DNA from: Felis catus | Lineage: Eukaryota | Direction: 5' to 3' | Length of the DNA stretch: 64,000 nucleotides | NCBI RefSeq assembly: GCF_018350175.1 | Contig: NC_058368.1 | Coordinates: forward strand, 167,712,001 to 167,776,000 | Part shown: piece by piece, positions 62,636 through 64,000 of the stretch | Position numbering within the stretch: the stretch's first letter is position 1 | Layout of the letters: each line of letters begins with the position of its first letter | The notes under the pieces: generated by a model | What the model saw: the letters and a program-made list of their open reading frames with translations, nothing else | What the model was told of the DNA's origin: nothing | Databases searched by the model: none | Made by a program: the position numbers and the translations under genes

Positions 62636-62891
62636 GATGGTGGCAGTAGTAGAGGGAGTAATCAGTGAACGTTGGTAGTAGTAGGGATAGCTGTAATTGT
62701 GGTAGTTGTAAGCAGTGATGCTGATAGGGAAGTTCAGCAGTGAACTGTATCTTTGGGCTCAGAGGGTCAGGAAAGGCATTATGAAGGAAAACATAGAGGT
62801 ATTAGAGAGTTGAGGGTACTTGAAAGAATGTTATTTTTTAAAAGATATATCAAGGAGTCTAAGCTGGCAGAAAAAAAAAAAAAACTGAAGA

Positions 62892-63104
62892 GGGGCACCT
62901 GGGTGGCTCAGTCGGTTGAGCGTCCGACTTCGGCTCAGGTCATGATCTCAGGGTTTGTGAGTTCGGAGTCCCACATCGGGCTCTGCGCTGATGGCTCGGA
63001 GCCTGGAGCCTGCTTCGGATTCTGTGTCTCCCCCTCTCTCTGCCCCTTCCAAGCTCATTCTCTGTCTCTGTCTCTCAAAAATGAATAAACGTTAAAAAAA
63101 TTTA
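62892..63104 (+). mobile_element. Can-SINE
   Basis: GGGGCACCTGGGTGGCTCAGTCGGTTGAGCGTCCGACTTCGG; TSD AAAAACTGAAGA. Confidence 0.97.
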
Positions 63105-63124
63105 AAAAAAAAAACTGAAGAAAG

Positions 63125-63600
63125 ACAAAGTAGAGGAACCCACGGGTCAGTTGGAGAAAGAATAGGGTGGTAGCACTGAGTGGTATAATTCACAAAAGAA
63201 CTGGCATGGAGGGAAAGAAGGCAGGGGAATCACAGTTAAGGTGTAGCAGCAGAAAGCAGAGAGTACTGACTCAACCTTCCTGCTAGCCTTGAGGCATACT
63301 AGATGGGAGAGAATTAACAGCCAGATCTTGAAAGGGGTGAGGAGATGCAAAATCCTTGGGGAAGGTCCTCCTTGAGAAGAGAGTTAATGAGAGCACTCTG
63401 AGAAATGATTATATACCTGTGGGTTGGGGGGGGGGTGTGGAATATGGCAATTCCAGACAGCAAAGTAGAAGTTTTGTTGGTAGCAGGTAGGGACTGGGGA
63501 GCTGGGTCAGGAGCAAGGAAGAAAATGGTGATGGAGCAATTCAGCAGGATATGAAGATCTGAGTTTGTTGAGAATCCATTCACTATGGAGCTTATGTTTG
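63125..63600 (-). mobile_element. probable L2 internal fragment (ORF2 endonuclease N-terminal region)
   Basis: Purine-rich plus strand; minus-strand peptide SIVN...HILLNCSITIFFLAP...SLLKEDL...SPLSRSGC weakly resembles the L2 APE start. Confidence 0.4.
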
Positions 63601-64000
63601 CTGCTCTGACTGATGAAAACAGGGAGGAGAGGTATTGTGAATTTATTTTCACCAGTTTCCTTGGAAAGGAATAATATATCATCACAGTCCTGTCACCAAA
63701 CGTGTCTGAACTTAGATAAATGACGCAGCTTTCTGTGACCATCTCTTCATTTAAAATATAAACTCAGTAATACTTGCCGTGTGTATCAATGAACATTTAA
63801 ATATATATTTATTATATATGTTTAAATATATAAAATCTTAAACATAATAAAATTTTAATATATATTTAAATATACATATTATGTATATATACAGTTGAAG
63901 GCTTAGAAAAAATTTTAAATGCTTTTAAAATATAAGGTATGATTATGATACTCATATATCAAGTCGGATCATGTTCTCAGTTCAAATATTCCAAATACAC

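Noticed and set aside
411..63104. tRNA-like A/B boxes and recurring WVAQSV...SAQVMIS peptides
   Set aside because: Heads and translations of tRNA-derived Can-SINEs, not tRNA genes or a protein family.
1..64000. TE strand bias to infer host-gene orientation
   Set aside because: About 13 minus versus 10 plus SINEs, and L1s on both strands; uninformative.

Overview
AT-rich mammalian non-coding DNA (large intron or gene desert), almost certainly from a felid: it carries about 23 tRNA-derived Can-SINEs, including two young SINEC_Fc-type copies, and feliform L1 3' ends. I find no credible protein-coding exon, RNA gene or CRISPR array. Every ORF with recognisable homology is decayed retroelement sequence (L1 ORF2, a CR1/L3 reverse transcriptase fragment, probably an L2 endonuclease fragment). 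Much of the window is transposon-derived: SINE, L1, L2, MIR, MaLR/ERVL LTRs and hAT DNA transposons. Repeat-poor blocks contain motif clusters that look like developmental enhancers (about 10.7, 19.1-19.5 and 51.2-51.7 kb) and a MEF2/TATA plus E-box muscle-type module at about 55.0-55.36 kb. The clearest structures seen directly in the sequence are three loci where one target site was reused by successive retrotransposon insertions, and a deletion with a templated inverted insertion inside an L1. I see no evidence of a new biological system and cannot name the host locus. Repeat family names come from recalled consensus sequences, not a database search, and boundaries of old repeats are approximate.
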